Source: Vicinamibacterales bacterium
GTDB lineage: Bacteria > Acidobacteriota > Vicinamibacteria > Vicinamibacterales > SCN-69-37
Direction: 5' to 3'
NCBI GenBank assembly: GCA_035633215.1
Contig: DASQFI010000045.1
Coordinates: forward strand, 76,316 to 140,315
DNA: 64,000 nt
The position numbers and the translations under genes were made by a program. Positions within the stretch are counted from its first letter, which is position 1. Each line of letters opens with the position of its first letter. The notes under the pieces were generated by a model. That model ran no database searches, was not told where the DNA came from, and was given only the letters and a program-made list of their open reading frames with translations. Positions 54,267 through 63,744 of this stretch are shown here, in pieces.

Positions 54267-55106
54267 TCAGTAGGCCTTGCGGAGATCTGCGATGATGCCT
54301 TCGAGCGCCGCGATCACTTCGGTCCGGTCGACGTCGCTCTTCTTGAACTGGAGCCTGAGGCTGAAGGTCTTGGTGGGCGCGCGGTACTGGAACACGTAGG
54401 CTTTCGGCCGCCCGAACTTCGGCCTCGCGACGGCGACCGTCTTGCGGGCCTGTTCGCGGGTGATCCCGCCGCCTTCCTGCGCCTGGCGAGTCAGTTGCTC
54501 GACGAGCGCGACCATTTTCTGAGGGTTCTGCTGCCTAACTACCTGTAAAAGCAATGACTTAGAAGAAATGTCGGCCAGCCGACAAATATTCCTGACCTCG
54601 CCTGGCATTTCCGCCAGCGAGAGGGACTCGGTGATCGACGTGCGCGACTTCCCCAGCCGCTTCGCCAGGTCCTCGTGCGTGTACCCGCACCGATCCGCGA
54701 GGCTCGCCATAGCTTCGGCCTCTTCGAAGGGACCCAGGTCCTTGCGCTGGATGTTTTCGACGAGGGCGATCTCGATGATCTCGGTGTCGTCCACCTCGCG
54801 GATGACGACCGGCAGGTCTCGTAGCCCCAATTGGACGGCGGCCTGGTACCGGCGTTCGCCCGCGATGATCTGGTAGCGTTTCCCCCGCTGCCTGACGACC
54901 AGCGGCTCGATGACCCCCTTTTCGGCAATCGAGGCCATCAGCTCGGAAAGATCGCCCATGACCTGTCGCGGCTGCTCCGGATTCGGATCCACGCGGTCGA
55001 TCGGGACGAGCCGGCCAATCGGGCTACCCGCCGAGTTCGCCAGTTCCTCGACGTAGTGCGAGTCGTGCCGCATCTTGAGTGTGAGTGGAAGCCCCCGCTT
55101 AGGCAC
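54267..55106 (-). CDS. parB: Chromosome partitioning protein ParB
   Basis: ParB box GVIEPLVVRQRGKRYQIIAGERRYQAA. HTH YTHEDLAKRLGKSRTSITESL. GTG 55106 follows GAGGAGG and overlaps the parA stop by 8 nt. Confidence 0.9.
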   Translation of the reverse strand: MPKRGLPLTLKMRHDSHYVEELANSAGSPIGRLVPIDRVDPNPEQPRQVMGDLSELMASIAEKGVIEPLVVRQRGKRYQIIAGERRYQAAVQLGLRDLPVVIREVDDTEIIEIALVENIQRKDLGPFEEAEAMASLADRCGYTHEDLAKRLGKSRTSITESLSLAEMPGEVRNICRLADISSKSLLLQVVRQQNPQKMVALVEQLTRQAQEGGGITREQARKTVAVARPKFGRPKAYVFQYRAPTKTFSLRLQFKKSDVDRTEVIAALEGIIADLRKAY

Positions 55107-55866
55107 GATCCATAACCTCCTCGCACAGCCGGTAATACTCGGTCGCGCCAGATGAATCAGGCGCAAACCGGAAAATCGATTCCTTGTAGGCCGGGCTCTC
55201 CTCGAGCCGCACGCTCTTCGTGATGACCGTCCGGAATACCTTCTTGCCAAAGACTTTGTCGATTTGCGTCCGGATGTCCCGCGCCAGCGCCGTCCGCTTG
55301 TCGTGCATCGTGATGACGACGCCCAGAATGCGAAGCGTGGGGTTGGCGCGCGCCCGAACCTTTTCGATCGTCTCGAGCAAATCGTCCGTGCCTTCGAGTG
55401 CGAAATAAGAAGACTGAATCGGAATCAACAGATGGGTCGCCGCGACCAGGGCGTTCACCGTGAGCAGTCCGAGCGCCGGCGGGCAGTCGATCACCACGGC
55501 TTCGTACTGCTCGAGCACCGCACTCAACCGATCCTTGAGCCGGAAATGCGAGTCGAGTTCCCCGATCATCCGGCCCTCGAGTTTCGCCAGGGCGATCCGG
55601 GACGGAGCGACCCAGAGGTTCTGCTGCGTCGACTGCTTGATGACGTCCCCAAGCCCGAGCGAGCCGTCGACGAACACGTCATACACCGAACGTTCAACAC
55701 CGGAGATGTCCAGAAAAGACATCGTGCTGTTGGCTTGAGGGTCGAGATCGATCAGGAGGGTCTTCTTGTTCCGGATGGCGAGGGCAGCGGCGAGGTTAAT
55801 CGCCGTCGTGGTCTTGCCAACGCCGCCTTTCTGGTTGGCGATTGCGATGATCATGAGCCGGATCAC
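55099..55866 (-). CDS. parA: Chromosome partitioning ATPase ParA/Soj
   Basis: Deviant Walker A NQKGGVGKTTT, DLDPQAN, VIDCPP. Alternative start is ATG 55854. Confidence 0.93.
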   Translation of the reverse strand: MIRLMIIAIANQKGGVGKTTTAINLAAALAIRNKKTLLIDLDPQANSTMSFLDISGVERSVYDVFVDGSLGLGDVIKQSTQQNLWVAPSRIALAKLEGRMIGELDSHFRLKDRLSAVLEQYEAVVIDCPPALGLLTVNALVAATHLLIPIQSSYFALEGTDDLLETIEKVRARANPTLRILGVVITMHDKRTALARDIRTQIDKVFGKKVFRTVITKSVRLEESPAYKESIFRFAPDSSGATEYYRLCEEVMDRA

Positions 55867-55906
55867 ATTCTAGGGACCCGGCTTGGGGCCTGTCAAAGAA
55901 AAAGCG

Positions 55907-56389
55907 CTACATCTTGTAGCCTAAATCGTCCGGATCCAAGCTTTCGAGCCAGCGCTGCAGACGTTCTTGATCGGCCTGCTCGCTCGAGACGTCCACCGAG
56001 CGCGCCTGGTCGAGCACCTTCGTGTCCACGAACACCGGCGCTTTGGCCCGGATGGCGAGCGCGATCGCGTCGCTGGGCCGCGCGTCCAGGAACTGGACTT
56101 CCCCGCCGCGATGAAGCTCGAGGTACGCGTAGAACGTGTTCTCGCGAAGGTCCGCGATGACGACGCGCACGAGCGTCGCGCCGAGCTCGGCGACGAGGTT
56201 GCGCAGGAGGTCGTGCGTCATCGGCCGCGGCGGCGCGATGTTCTCGATCTGGAGCGCAATCGCATTGGCCTCGACGGGCCCGACCCAGATCGGCAGCACG
56301 CGCTGGTTCTCGGCGTCGCGCAGGATGACGATCGGCATGTTCGTCACCGGATCCACCATGAGGCCCTTGACCGACATCTCGACCAGCAT
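55907..56389 (-). CDS. Bifunctional nuclease family protein (DUF151-like)
   Basis: PIVILRDAENQRVLPIWVGPVEANAI...RPMTHDLL matches my recollection of the family signature. 160 aa. Confidence 0.75.
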   Translation of the reverse strand: MLVEMSVKGLMVDPVTNMPIVILRDAENQRVLPIWVGPVEANAIALQIENIAPPRPMTHDLLRNLVAELGATLVRVVIADLRENTFYAYLELHRGGEVQFLDARPSDAIALAIRAKAPVFVDTKVLDQARSVDVSSEQADQERLQRWLESLDPDDLGYKM

Positions 56390-56392
56390 GGC

Positions 56393-57817
56393 TCACCCCG
56401 CCAGGACGCCGGCGGCGGCGCCCACGACTTCTCCGCGAAGGCTGTTTGGCGCCGCGGCCGTGATCAAGACCGGCTGCAACGTGTTCAGCCATTCGGGCAG
56501 CCCAGGAAAGTTCACGACCGTGTTGCCCGACGTGCGCCCGGCCAGTTCGTGGCCGCGCCGACGCGACGAGGCGTCCACCAGAACTTCGAAGACCCGGCCA
56601 ACAGCCTGTTCGTGCCACTCGAACTGGATCTCCGCCTGCAGCCGCTGCAGCGCGACGATCCGCTTCGTCTTCTCCACCTCAGGTACATCGTCCGGCATGC
56701 GCTTCAACGCCAGCGTGTTCGGCCGCGGCGAGTACTTGAACGAAAACATCGAGTGATACCGGACCCGGCGGACCAGATCGAGCGTGAGCTCGAAGTCCTC
56801 CGCAGTCTCGCCCGGGAATCCCACGATCATGTCGGTCGAAATCGCGATGCCCGGCACGGCCGCGCGCAGGCGATCGACGAGCGCAAAGTAGTCCTCGCGC
56901 GTGTGCCGGCGCCGCATCGATTGCAGGACGCGATTGGATCCTGACTGGACCGGCAGGTGAAGGTGCTTGCAGACCGTTGGCAAGCCCCGAATCGCCTGAA
57001 TGAGCCGATCGGTGACATGGCGCGGATGCGGGCTCGCGAATCGAATGCGATCGATGCCGTCGATGGCATTCACGCGCTCGAGGAGCGCCGCGAAATCGCA
57101 CGCCGGATCGTCCGGGGCCTGGTAGTGGTTCACGATCTGGCCGAGCAGCTGCACCTCGCGATGTCCCGTCCGGGCGGCTTCGCGCACTTCGTCGAGGATG
57201 TCCGCGACGGGCCGCATGCGCTCGTGCCCGCGCGTGTACGGCACCACGCAGAAGGCGCAGAACTCGTTGCAGCCCTCGATGATGGTCACGCGCGCGCGGA
57301 CGGGATCGGCATGACGCGTCACGCCGAGCGGGAATGAGACATCCTCGTGCGGGTTGATGTCGACGACGCGCCGCCGCGTTCGAATGGCGGCATCGACCAG
57401 CCTGGGCAGTTCCTTGAGGCGCTGGGTGCCGACGACGACATCAATCGAGGAATCGCGGCGCAGCATCCGATCGCCTTCCTGCTGCGCGACGCATCCCATC
57501 ACGGCGACCACCCTTCGACTGTGCTCAGGGCCTGCTGGCTGTTCGTCTCGGGTCAATTCGCGGATCTCGCCAAGTCGTGAATAGACCTTCTCGGCTGCGC
57601 GTTCTCGCACGCTGCACGTGTTGATGACGACGAGATCCGCGGCGCGTTCGTCGTCGGTGGGCTCGTAGCCGTCCTGCTCGAGCAGCCCGGAGACACGTTC
57701 GGCGTCGTGGAAGTTCATCTGACAGCCGAACGTCTCGATGAAGTACTTACGCGCCACTGCGCCGACCTTTCGCTTTCGCCATCCGCGGGGTTTCGCCTTT
57801 TGCCTTTGCTTCGCCAT
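56393..57817 (-). CDS. miaB: tRNA-2-methylthio-N6-dimethylallyladenosine synthase MiaB (radical SAM methylthiotransferase)
   Basis: UPF0004 domain FIETFGCQMNFHD, radical-SAM CNEFCAFCVVPYTRG, C-terminal TRAM. A GTG at 57754 would remove the 70-nt overlap with recN. Confidence 0.92.
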   Translation of the reverse strand: MAKQRQKAKPRGWRKRKVGAVARKYFIETFGCQMNFHDAERVSGLLEQDGYEPTDDERAADLVVINTCSVRERAAEKVYSRLGEIRELTRDEQPAGPEHSRRVVAVMGCVAQQEGDRMLRRDSSIDVVVGTQRLKELPRLVDAAIRTRRRVVDINPHEDVSFPLGVTRHADPVRARVTIIEGCNEFCAFCVVPYTRGHERMRPVADILDEVREAARTGHREVQLLGQIVNHYQAPDDPACDFAALLERVNAIDGIDRIRFASPHPRHVTDRLIQAIRGLPTVCKHLHLPVQSGSNRVLQSMRRRHTREDYFALVDRLRAAVPGIAISTDMIVGFPGETAEDFELTLDLVRRVRYHSMFSFKYSPRPNTLALKRMPDDVPEVEKTKRIVALQRLQAEIQFEWHEQAVGRVFEVLVDASSRRRGHELAGRTSGNTVVNFPGLPEWLNTLQPVLITAAAPNSLRGEVVGAAAGVLAG

Positions 57818-59438
57818 CCCGGCGAATCGCCAGGAGATCTCGAGCGGACGCGAGCACGCTCGGTGTCACTTCAACGCCTGCAATCATGCGCGCGAGCTCC
57901 CCTTCCCTGCCCGAGTCGTCCAGGCGCGTGAGCGACGTCAGCGTCCGGCCGCCACGAACGTGTTTGGCTGTGTGGAAGTGTACGCCGGCCCGGGCCGCGA
58001 TCTGCGCGAGATGCGTAATACAAATGACCTGATGGCGCCGGCCAAGCGCCTGGAGGCGCGCGCCAACGGCATCCGCCGCGGCGCCACCGATTCCCACGTC
58101 CACTTCGTCGAACACCAGGGTGCGACCGGGCTCGTCGTGCTTCGCGAGGGTCCGGAGCGCCAGCATCACGCGCGACAGCTCGCCGCCGGAGGCAATCGCG
58201 GCCAGCGGCCGAAGCTCCTCGCCGGGGTTCGGCGAGAAAAACAGCTCGACGTCGTCAGTGCCGCGGTTGGTCCAGGTGTCCGGTGACGGCATCTCGGCGA
58301 CCCGGACATCGAGCCGCGCGTTGGGCATCGCCAGTTCCGCGAGATCGGATTCGAGGGCGTGACCCAGTCGTCGGGCTGCGGTCCGACGAGCTGCGGAGAG
58401 CTCTCGCGCGGCGTGCAGGAACGACGCGCGTGTGTCGCGGGCGCGCGATTCGAGCTCCGCGGTCCGCTCTTCTCCCGCTCCAAGTTCGGCCAGCTCGTCG
58501 CGGAGCGCGCGTTGACGGTCGAGCACGGCTTCGAGCGTCGGACCGTATTTCTTCTTGAGCCGCTCGAGCGCGGCCAGGCGATCTTCGACCGTCTGCAATC
58601 GCTCAGGCGCGTCGAGCCCGGCGGAATACGAACGGAGGAAAAACGCGAGGTCCTCGAGCTTCGATTTGATATCGTCGCGTTGATCGACGTACGGCGCGAA
58701 GCGCGGATCCAGAGCGGAGAGATCCGAGAGACGCTTCCAGACGACGGCGAGCGCAGAGAGCGCAGCCTCTTCGCCCTCGTACAAGCTCGAGTACGCGTCG
58801 GACGACAGGCGCGACAGCCGATCGGCGTTGGCCAGTACAACGCGTTCGGCCGCGAGCGTCTCGTCTTCTCCGGCCTGCGGCGCAATCTGATCGATTTCCT
58901 GCAGCTGAAACGACGCCATTTCGATCCGCGCCCGTTTTTCGCGGTCGTCGAGCTGCGTGCGCGCGAGGGCGGATTCGGCGGCTCGCCAGTGATCGAAGTG
59001 TCCAGTCACTTCGGCGACGCGATCGCCATGCCCGGCAAACTCGTCGAGAACGGCGGCGTGCTCGGCCGGATCGAGCAGTGTTTGATGTTCGTGTTGACCG
59101 TGCAGATCGATCAGCGTCGCGCCGAGCTCGCGGAGCGCGGCCGTCGTCGCGAGCGCGTCGTCGATGAACGCGCGGCTGCGGCCCTGCGCGGAGACCTCGC
59201 GGCGCACGATCACTTCGTGGCCGCCGTGACGCTCGAAGATCGCCTGAATACTCGCGGCGGATTCGCCGGTGCGCACCAGGTCCGCGCTCGCGCGGCCGCC
59301 CACGAGCAGGTCGATGGCGTCGACGATGACGGACTTTCCGGCGCCGGTTTCGCCGGTGAGGACGTTCAACCCAGGTTCGAACTCCACTTCGAGACGTTCG
59401 ATCACTGCCAGATGCCGCACGCCGAGGAAGCGAAGCAT
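57747..59438 (-). CDS. recN: DNA repair protein RecN
   Basis: Walker A GETGAGKS, long coiled coils, signature ASGGELSR, Walker B TLVFDEVD. Confidence 0.93.
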   Translation of the reverse strand: MLRFLGVRHLAVIERLEVEFEPGLNVLTGETGAGKSVIVDAIDLLVGGRASADLVRTGESAASIQAIFERHGGHEVIVRREVSAQGRSRAFIDDALATTAALRELGATLIDLHGQHEHQTLLDPAEHAAVLDEFAGHGDRVAEVTGHFDHWRAAESALARTQLDDREKRARIEMASFQLQEIDQIAPQAGEDETLAAERVVLANADRLSRLSSDAYSSLYEGEEAALSALAVVWKRLSDLSALDPRFAPYVDQRDDIKSKLEDLAFFLRSYSAGLDAPERLQTVEDRLAALERLKKKYGPTLEAVLDRQRALRDELAELGAGEERTAELESRARDTRASFLHAARELSAARRTAARRLGHALESDLAELAMPNARLDVRVAEMPSPDTWTNRGTDDVELFFSPNPGEELRPLAAIASGGELSRVMLALRTLAKHDEPGRTLVFDEVDVGIGGAAADAVGARLQALGRRHQVICITHLAQIAARAGVHFHTAKHVRGGRTLTSLTRLDDSGREGELARMIAGVEVTPSVLASARDLLAIRRDGEAKAKGETPRMAKAKGRRSGA

Positions 59439-59556
59439 GTCGAAACCGGAACTCCCATGGTATCAAACCTTTGACAGCGATCAGGTCGCATGTTACGCTA
59501 CGGGCGTTCGCGCTGTTTCCCAGCGGCGCTTCACCACTTGTTGAGTGGAGGTCTAG

Positions 59557-60315
59557 TTGCGCGCGCTCGGAACGCTGGTCCTGGCGATCCAGGATCAGGG
59601 CATAGCCGCAGGCTCAGCGGAAGCGGCCTCACGCCGGACTGACATCGTCTCCCTGATTCTCAGCGCCGACCCGGTCGTCAAGGCCGTGCTCGCCACGCTG
59701 GTGCTCTTCTCCGTCGTCTCCTGGGGGATCATTCTCTACAAGCAGCGTCAGCTGCGTCGCGCGTCGAAGCAGACGGCGACGTTCCTCGACGTGTTTCGCA
59801 AGAGCAGCCGATTCTCCGAAGTGCAGTCGGTGTGCGCAAGCCTGCCGTCGAGTCCGCTCGTCGGACTGTTTCAGTCCGGCTACGCGGAGCTCAACGCTCA
59901 GCTGCGTTCGGCGGCCGACAAGCCGGGGACGCCGGCGCCACGTCCAACCCTCAGGAGTCTGGAGGCCGTGGACCGCGCCCTGCTGAGAGCGTCGACGACC
60001 GAGGTGGCCAAGCTGGAGCACCGCGTGCCGTTTCTCGCGACGACGGCATCGATCACGCCGTACATCGGCCTGTTCGGCACGGTGTGGGGGATCATGTCGT
60101 CCTTCCAGGAGATTGCCGACAAGGGCTCGACGAGTCTTGGCGTCGTCGCGCCGGGTATCGCCGAGGCGCTGGTCGCCACGGCCGCCGGGTTGTTCGCGGC
60201 GATCCCGGCCGTGTACTTCTACAACGATCTGACGAGCCACGTGAAAGCGTTCTCGAACGAGATGGAGGACTTCTCGATGGAGTTCCTCACGATCGCGGAA
60301 CGGAACTTTACTTAG
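59557..60315 (+). CDS. tolQ: TolQ (MotA/TolQ/ExbB proton-channel family)
   Basis: TTG start 5 nt after GGAGG. Three TMs. PYIGLFGTVWGIM and GIAEALVATAAGL motifs. Heads a tol-pal cluster. Confidence 0.88.
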   Translation: MRALGTLVLAIQDQGIAAGSAEAASRRTDIVSLILSADPVVKAVLATLVLFSVVSWGIILYKQRQLRRASKQTATFLDVFRKSSRFSEVQSVCASLPSSPLVGLFQSGYAELNAQLRSAADKPGTPAPRPTLRSLEAVDRALLRASTTEVAKLEHRVPFLATTASITPYIGLFGTVWGIMSSFQEIADKGSTSLGVVAPGIAEALVATAAGLFAAIPAVYFYNDLTSHVKAFSNEMEDFSMEFLTIAERNFT

Positions 60316-60416
60316 TGCCGTTCCAACTTAATGCACCGATGAACGCGCTCCCTCACTCCAGCCACCCGGGCCACCTCGAGAGCGTTGCCTCTTGGCGGCG
60401 CAAGTTGGAACGGCAC
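60315..60416. repeat. MITE-like 102-nt palindromic element, divergent copy 4 of 4, between tolQ and tolR
   Basis: GTGCCGTTCCAACTT ... AAGTTGGAACGGCAC, flanked by TA (within the tolQ TAG stop) and TA. The TIR is related to GAGCCGTTCTCACTT of copies 1-3; the interior is unrelated. Confidence 0.65.
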
Positions 60417-60423
60417 TAGATCG

Positions 60424-60900
60424 ATGCCGAAGCTCGAGCCGATTCCGAACGCGCCGGGCCGGGCAAGCGGACGCCGCGCGCGGGCGATGCGGGTCTCAAG
60501 CTCGCTGGCCGAGATCAACGTCGTGCCGCTCGTGGACGTGATGCTCGTGCTGCTCGTCATCTTCATGGTGGCCGCGCCGATGATGACGCAAGGGTTGCCG
60601 ATCCAGCTGCCCGAGGCGCGTAAAGCGCAAGCGCTCGATGCGCAGCCGATCGAGATCACGATCCCGGCGCAGTTTCGCAAGGACAAGCAGGTGTACATCG
60701 GAAAGGATCCGGTGCCGCTGCAGTTTCTGCACGAGCGCGTGCGACAGGCGCTGACGAGTCAGTTGAATCCGGACGTGACGCTGGCCGGAGACGGCAGCAT
60801 CACGTATCAGGAGCTGATCACGGTCATCGATCGTTTGAAGGAAGGCGGCGTGCGGCACGTCGGCTTGAAGTCGCAGCCGCCGATCGGAAAGATGCCATGA
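60424..60900 (+). CDS. tolR: TolR (ExbD/TolR family)
   Basis: EINVVPLVDVMLVLLVIFMV. ATG 60424 lies within track ORF 60385..60900. Confidence 0.88.
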   Translation: MPKLEPIPNAPGRASGRRARAMRVSSSLAEINVVPLVDVMLVLLVIFMVAAPMMTQGLPIQLPEARKAQALDAQPIEITIPAQFRKDKQVYIGKDPVPLQFLHERVRQALTSQLNPDVTLAGDGSITYQELITVIDRLKEGGVRHVGLKSQPPIGKMP

Positions 60901-61664
60901 GAGCCGCGGTCGATGACGTCATCGCGATGCGCGGATTGGATGTGCGTGGGCTCAACCGGATGATGAGCGTCTCGCTGGCCGTGCACGTCGCCGCGCTGCT
61001 GGTGCTGTTCGTGGTGCCGCGGGACTGGATCGGGAAGCAGAAGGTGAATCCGATCCTGATGTCGATCAGCCTGGACGCGCCGGAGGGGGACAAGACGGGG
61101 GGGATGAACCCCGCGCCTCCGCGGCCGATAGAAAAGGAAGCACCGACGCCCAAGCGTCCGGAGCCGATCCGGCCGGCGGCGCCGAAGTCAGACGTCATGG
61201 CGGTGCCGACGAAGACGCCGCCAAAACCCACGACATCGGCCAAGCCTCCGGCACCCATCGCGCGTCCACCGACGACGGGCCTTCAGGTTCGTCCCGGAAC
61301 GTCGCTGGCCGAGACCGGGTCGAAGACGCAGGGCACGGGGCTGGCGATGGGCGGCGGGACGGGCGCGGCGGCGTTTATGGAGGCAGTCGACTTCTGCTGC
61401 ATGGAGTGGGCGCAGGAAATGCTCCGCGAGATCCGTGCAAGATGGCGCAACAACCAGAGCGATCGCGGCGAGACGATCTTGAAGTTCACCGTGCTGCGTA
61501 ATGGCACGATCACCGAGGTCGAGGTTGAAAAGCCCAGCGGCAGCGGCATCCTGGATCGCGTGTCGCAGGATGCGTTGCCGCCGAAGCTGGCGCAGCCGCT
61601 ACCGAAGCAGTATCCAGAGGAGCGCCTTGTGATCCACCTCAAGTTTCCCTACCAGGCCCGATGA
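60897..61664 (+). CDS. TolA-position protein with TonB-type C-terminal domain
   Basis: One TM, Pro/Lys-rich spacer, C-terminal TonB_C-like fold (ILKFTVLRNGTITEVEVEKPSGSGILD). ATGA overlaps on both sides. Confidence 0.75.
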   Translation: MRAAVDDVIAMRGLDVRGLNRMMSVSLAVHVAALLVLFVVPRDWIGKQKVNPILMSISLDAPEGDKTGGMNPAPPRPIEKEAPTPKRPEPIRPAAPKSDVMAVPTKTPPKPTTSAKPPAPIARPPTTGLQVRPGTSLAETGSKTQGTGLAMGGGTGAAAFMEAVDFCCMEWAQEMLREIRARWRNNQSDRGETILKFTVLRNGTITEVEVEKPSGSGILDRVSQDALPPKLAQPLPKQYPEERLVIHLKFPYQAR

Positions 61665-63133
61665 TGCTGAAACACCTACTCGTCGTTGTTGGAGTCGGGA
61701 TCGCCACTGTCACGGGGCTGACGACGCCCGCGCCAAGACCTGCCGAGATCGTTGCGCGGGCGACTCAGGATCCCGCGCGGCCCCCGCAGAAGCAGCAGTC
61801 CGAGCTGGTCCTGGCGCTCGACAATCCCAGCTATCAGCCGCGCATCGGGATTCCCGATTTCATCGCGACGGGCGGCGACGCGGAGCTCCAGACGGCCGCG
61901 AAGATGCTGGCCGACGTTCTGGCGGCCGACCTGGACTTCGAACGCGAGTTCCTCGTGGTCGATCGGAAGGCGTCGGCGGCCATTCCGCCCGCCGCGACGC
62001 CTGAAGCGATCAACTTCGATCGATGGCGTCAGCTCGGGGCCGATTTCGTCGTCTATGCGACCATGCGGCGCGCCGGGGCGGAGTTCACGGTCGATCTCAA
62101 GCTCCTGCTCGCGCGGGGCACGCCGCCCGGCCAGCAGCGGTTCGGGTCAGAGTACTCAAAGTGCGCGATGAGCAACCCGCGGTACTGCGCGCACTTCATC
62201 GCCGACGACATGCACATGAAGATCCGGCAGGTGCTCGGCGTCGCGCGGACGAAGATCGCGTTCGCGTCCGATCGCGATGCCACGCGCCAGAGCGGCCGGT
62301 TCGATCCGGGATCGATCGGCAAGGAGATCTACATCTCGGACTACGACGGGGCGAACCAGCGTGCCGCGACGGCCAACCGGTCGCTCAACATCAACCCGAC
62401 GTGGCTGCCCGACGCGCGCGGCCTCGCGTACGCCTCGTATGTCTCCAAGTTTCCCGACATCTACGTGAGCCTGTTCGACGGCCGCCCGCCGACGCGGCCG
62501 GCGGGCGGCACCGACGCGATTCAGAACACGCTGCCTGCGGTCTCGCCCGACGGCACGCGGATCGCCTTCGCGTCCGGCCGCGGGGGACGCTACGACGTGT
62601 ACCTCGTCAATCGCGACGGCAGCAACCCGCGCAACCTGACGCCGAACACGCCGAACTCCGACGAAGGTGCGCCGACGTGGTCCCCCACGGGCAGCCAGAT
62701 CGCGTTCACGTCCGATCGCACCGGCACGAACCAGATCTGGGTCGTCAGCGCCGATGGACTCGGATTGCCCAAACGCCTCACGTCCGATCAGCACTCCGAC
62801 GCGCCGACGTGGTCGTCTCTGAACTACATCGCGTTCACGCTTGGCAGCGGTCCCGGCCACGACATCGCGGTGATCGATTTGTCGAAGATGGAAGTGCGCG
62901 TGCTGACCGACGGCATCGGCTCGAACAAGCAGCCGACGGTCGCGCCGAACGCCCGTCACATCGCATTCGTGACGACGCGTTGGGGCCGCGAGCAGATCGG
63001 GATTCTCGACTACCCGACCGGCAAGAGCTACCGTCGCGTCACCGAATCTGGCAACAACACGTTTCCCGACTGGTCGCCCGTGCCAGGCGGCACATCAACC
63101 GCCACCAACAAAACTGCGAGGGTTCCACAATGA
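61661..63133 (+). CDS. tolB: TolB (beta-propeller periplasmic protein)
   Basis: TolB_N-like region, then repeated P.WSPDG / FTSDR propeller blades (AVSPDGTRIAFASGR, PTWSPTGSQIAFTSDR). Confidence 0.9.
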   Translation: MMLKHLLVVVGVGIATVTGLTTPAPRPAEIVARATQDPARPPQKQQSELVLALDNPSYQPRIGIPDFIATGGDAELQTAAKMLADVLAADLDFEREFLVVDRKASAAIPPAATPEAINFDRWRQLGADFVVYATMRRAGAEFTVDLKLLLARGTPPGQQRFGSEYSKCAMSNPRYCAHFIADDMHMKIRQVLGVARTKIAFASDRDATRQSGRFDPGSIGKEIYISDYDGANQRAATANRSLNINPTWLPDARGLAYASYVSKFPDIYVSLFDGRPPTRPAGGTDAIQNTLPAVSPDGTRIAFASGRGGRYDVYLVNRDGSNPRNLTPNTPNSDEGAPTWSPTGSQIAFTSDRTGTNQIWVVSADGLGLPKRLTSDQHSDAPTWSSLNYIAFTLGSGPGHDIAVIDLSKMEVRVLTDGIGSNKQPTVAPNARHIAFVTTRWGREQIGILDYPTGKSYRRVTESGNNTFPDWSPVPGGTSTATNKTARVPQ

Positions 63134-63711
63134 GAAATGCTTTCTCGCGTCTGACGATCGCTGCCGCCGTTCTGGCGATGTGCGCCGCATGCGGCGGCAA
63201 GAAACCGCCGACGACGACCGCCAGCAGCGCTCCGAATCCGTTCCCAGCTTCCTCGGCGACCGACACGACGCCCGTGAGCACGCCGCGCCCGCCGGACGCG
63301 CTGCCGGTGCCGCCCGACGTCAACCCGAACACGCGGCCCTACGACAACCTGAGCCCGGACGACATCAACAAGCAGGCGATCCTGAAGCCCGTGTTCTTCG
63401 CGTACGACAGCGACGAGATCGACGAGGCCGGGCGCAAGACCCTCGACAGCAACGCGCAGATCCTGAAGGAGTACAAAGGCTGGGTGCTCACCGTCGAAGG
63501 CCATTGTGACGAGCGAGGCACACCCGAATACAATCTGTCTTTGGGCGATCGGCGCGCGCAAGCCGCGAAGACCTATCTGCTGTCGCTCGGCATCAACGCC
63601 GACCGGCTCAAGACGGTCAGTTACGGCAAGGAGTTCCCGTACAACCCCGGTCATGACGAGTCGTCCTGGACGCAGAATCGACGGGCGCAGTTCATGGTGA
63701 CGGCTAAGTAA
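63130..63711 (+). CDS. pal: Peptidoglycan-associated lipoprotein Pal (OmpA family)
   Basis: Lipobox LAMCAAC. OmpA-like domain VFFAYDSDEI...EGHCDERGTPEYNLSLGDRRA...NRRAQF. ATGA overlap with tolB. Confidence 0.92.
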   Translation: MRNAFSRLTIAAAVLAMCAACGGKKPPTTTASSAPNPFPASSATDTTPVSTPRPPDALPVPPDVNPNTRPYDNLSPDDINKQAILKPVFFAYDSDEIDEAGRKTLDSNAQILKEYKGWVLTVEGHCDERGTPEYNLSLGDRRAQAAKTYLLSLGINADRLKTVSYGKEFPYNPGHDESSWTQNRRAQFMVTAK

Positions 63712-63744
63712 GGAGCTCGGGCCGCCCAGGCTCGACGGAAACCG

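Noticed and set aside
57747-57817. 70-nt overlap of miaB with recN as a functional overlap.
   Set aside because: This is probably an artefact of taking the longest ORF. An in-frame GTG at 57754 gives a MiaB N-terminus (VARKYFIETFGCQMN) of normal length with only a few nt of overlap.
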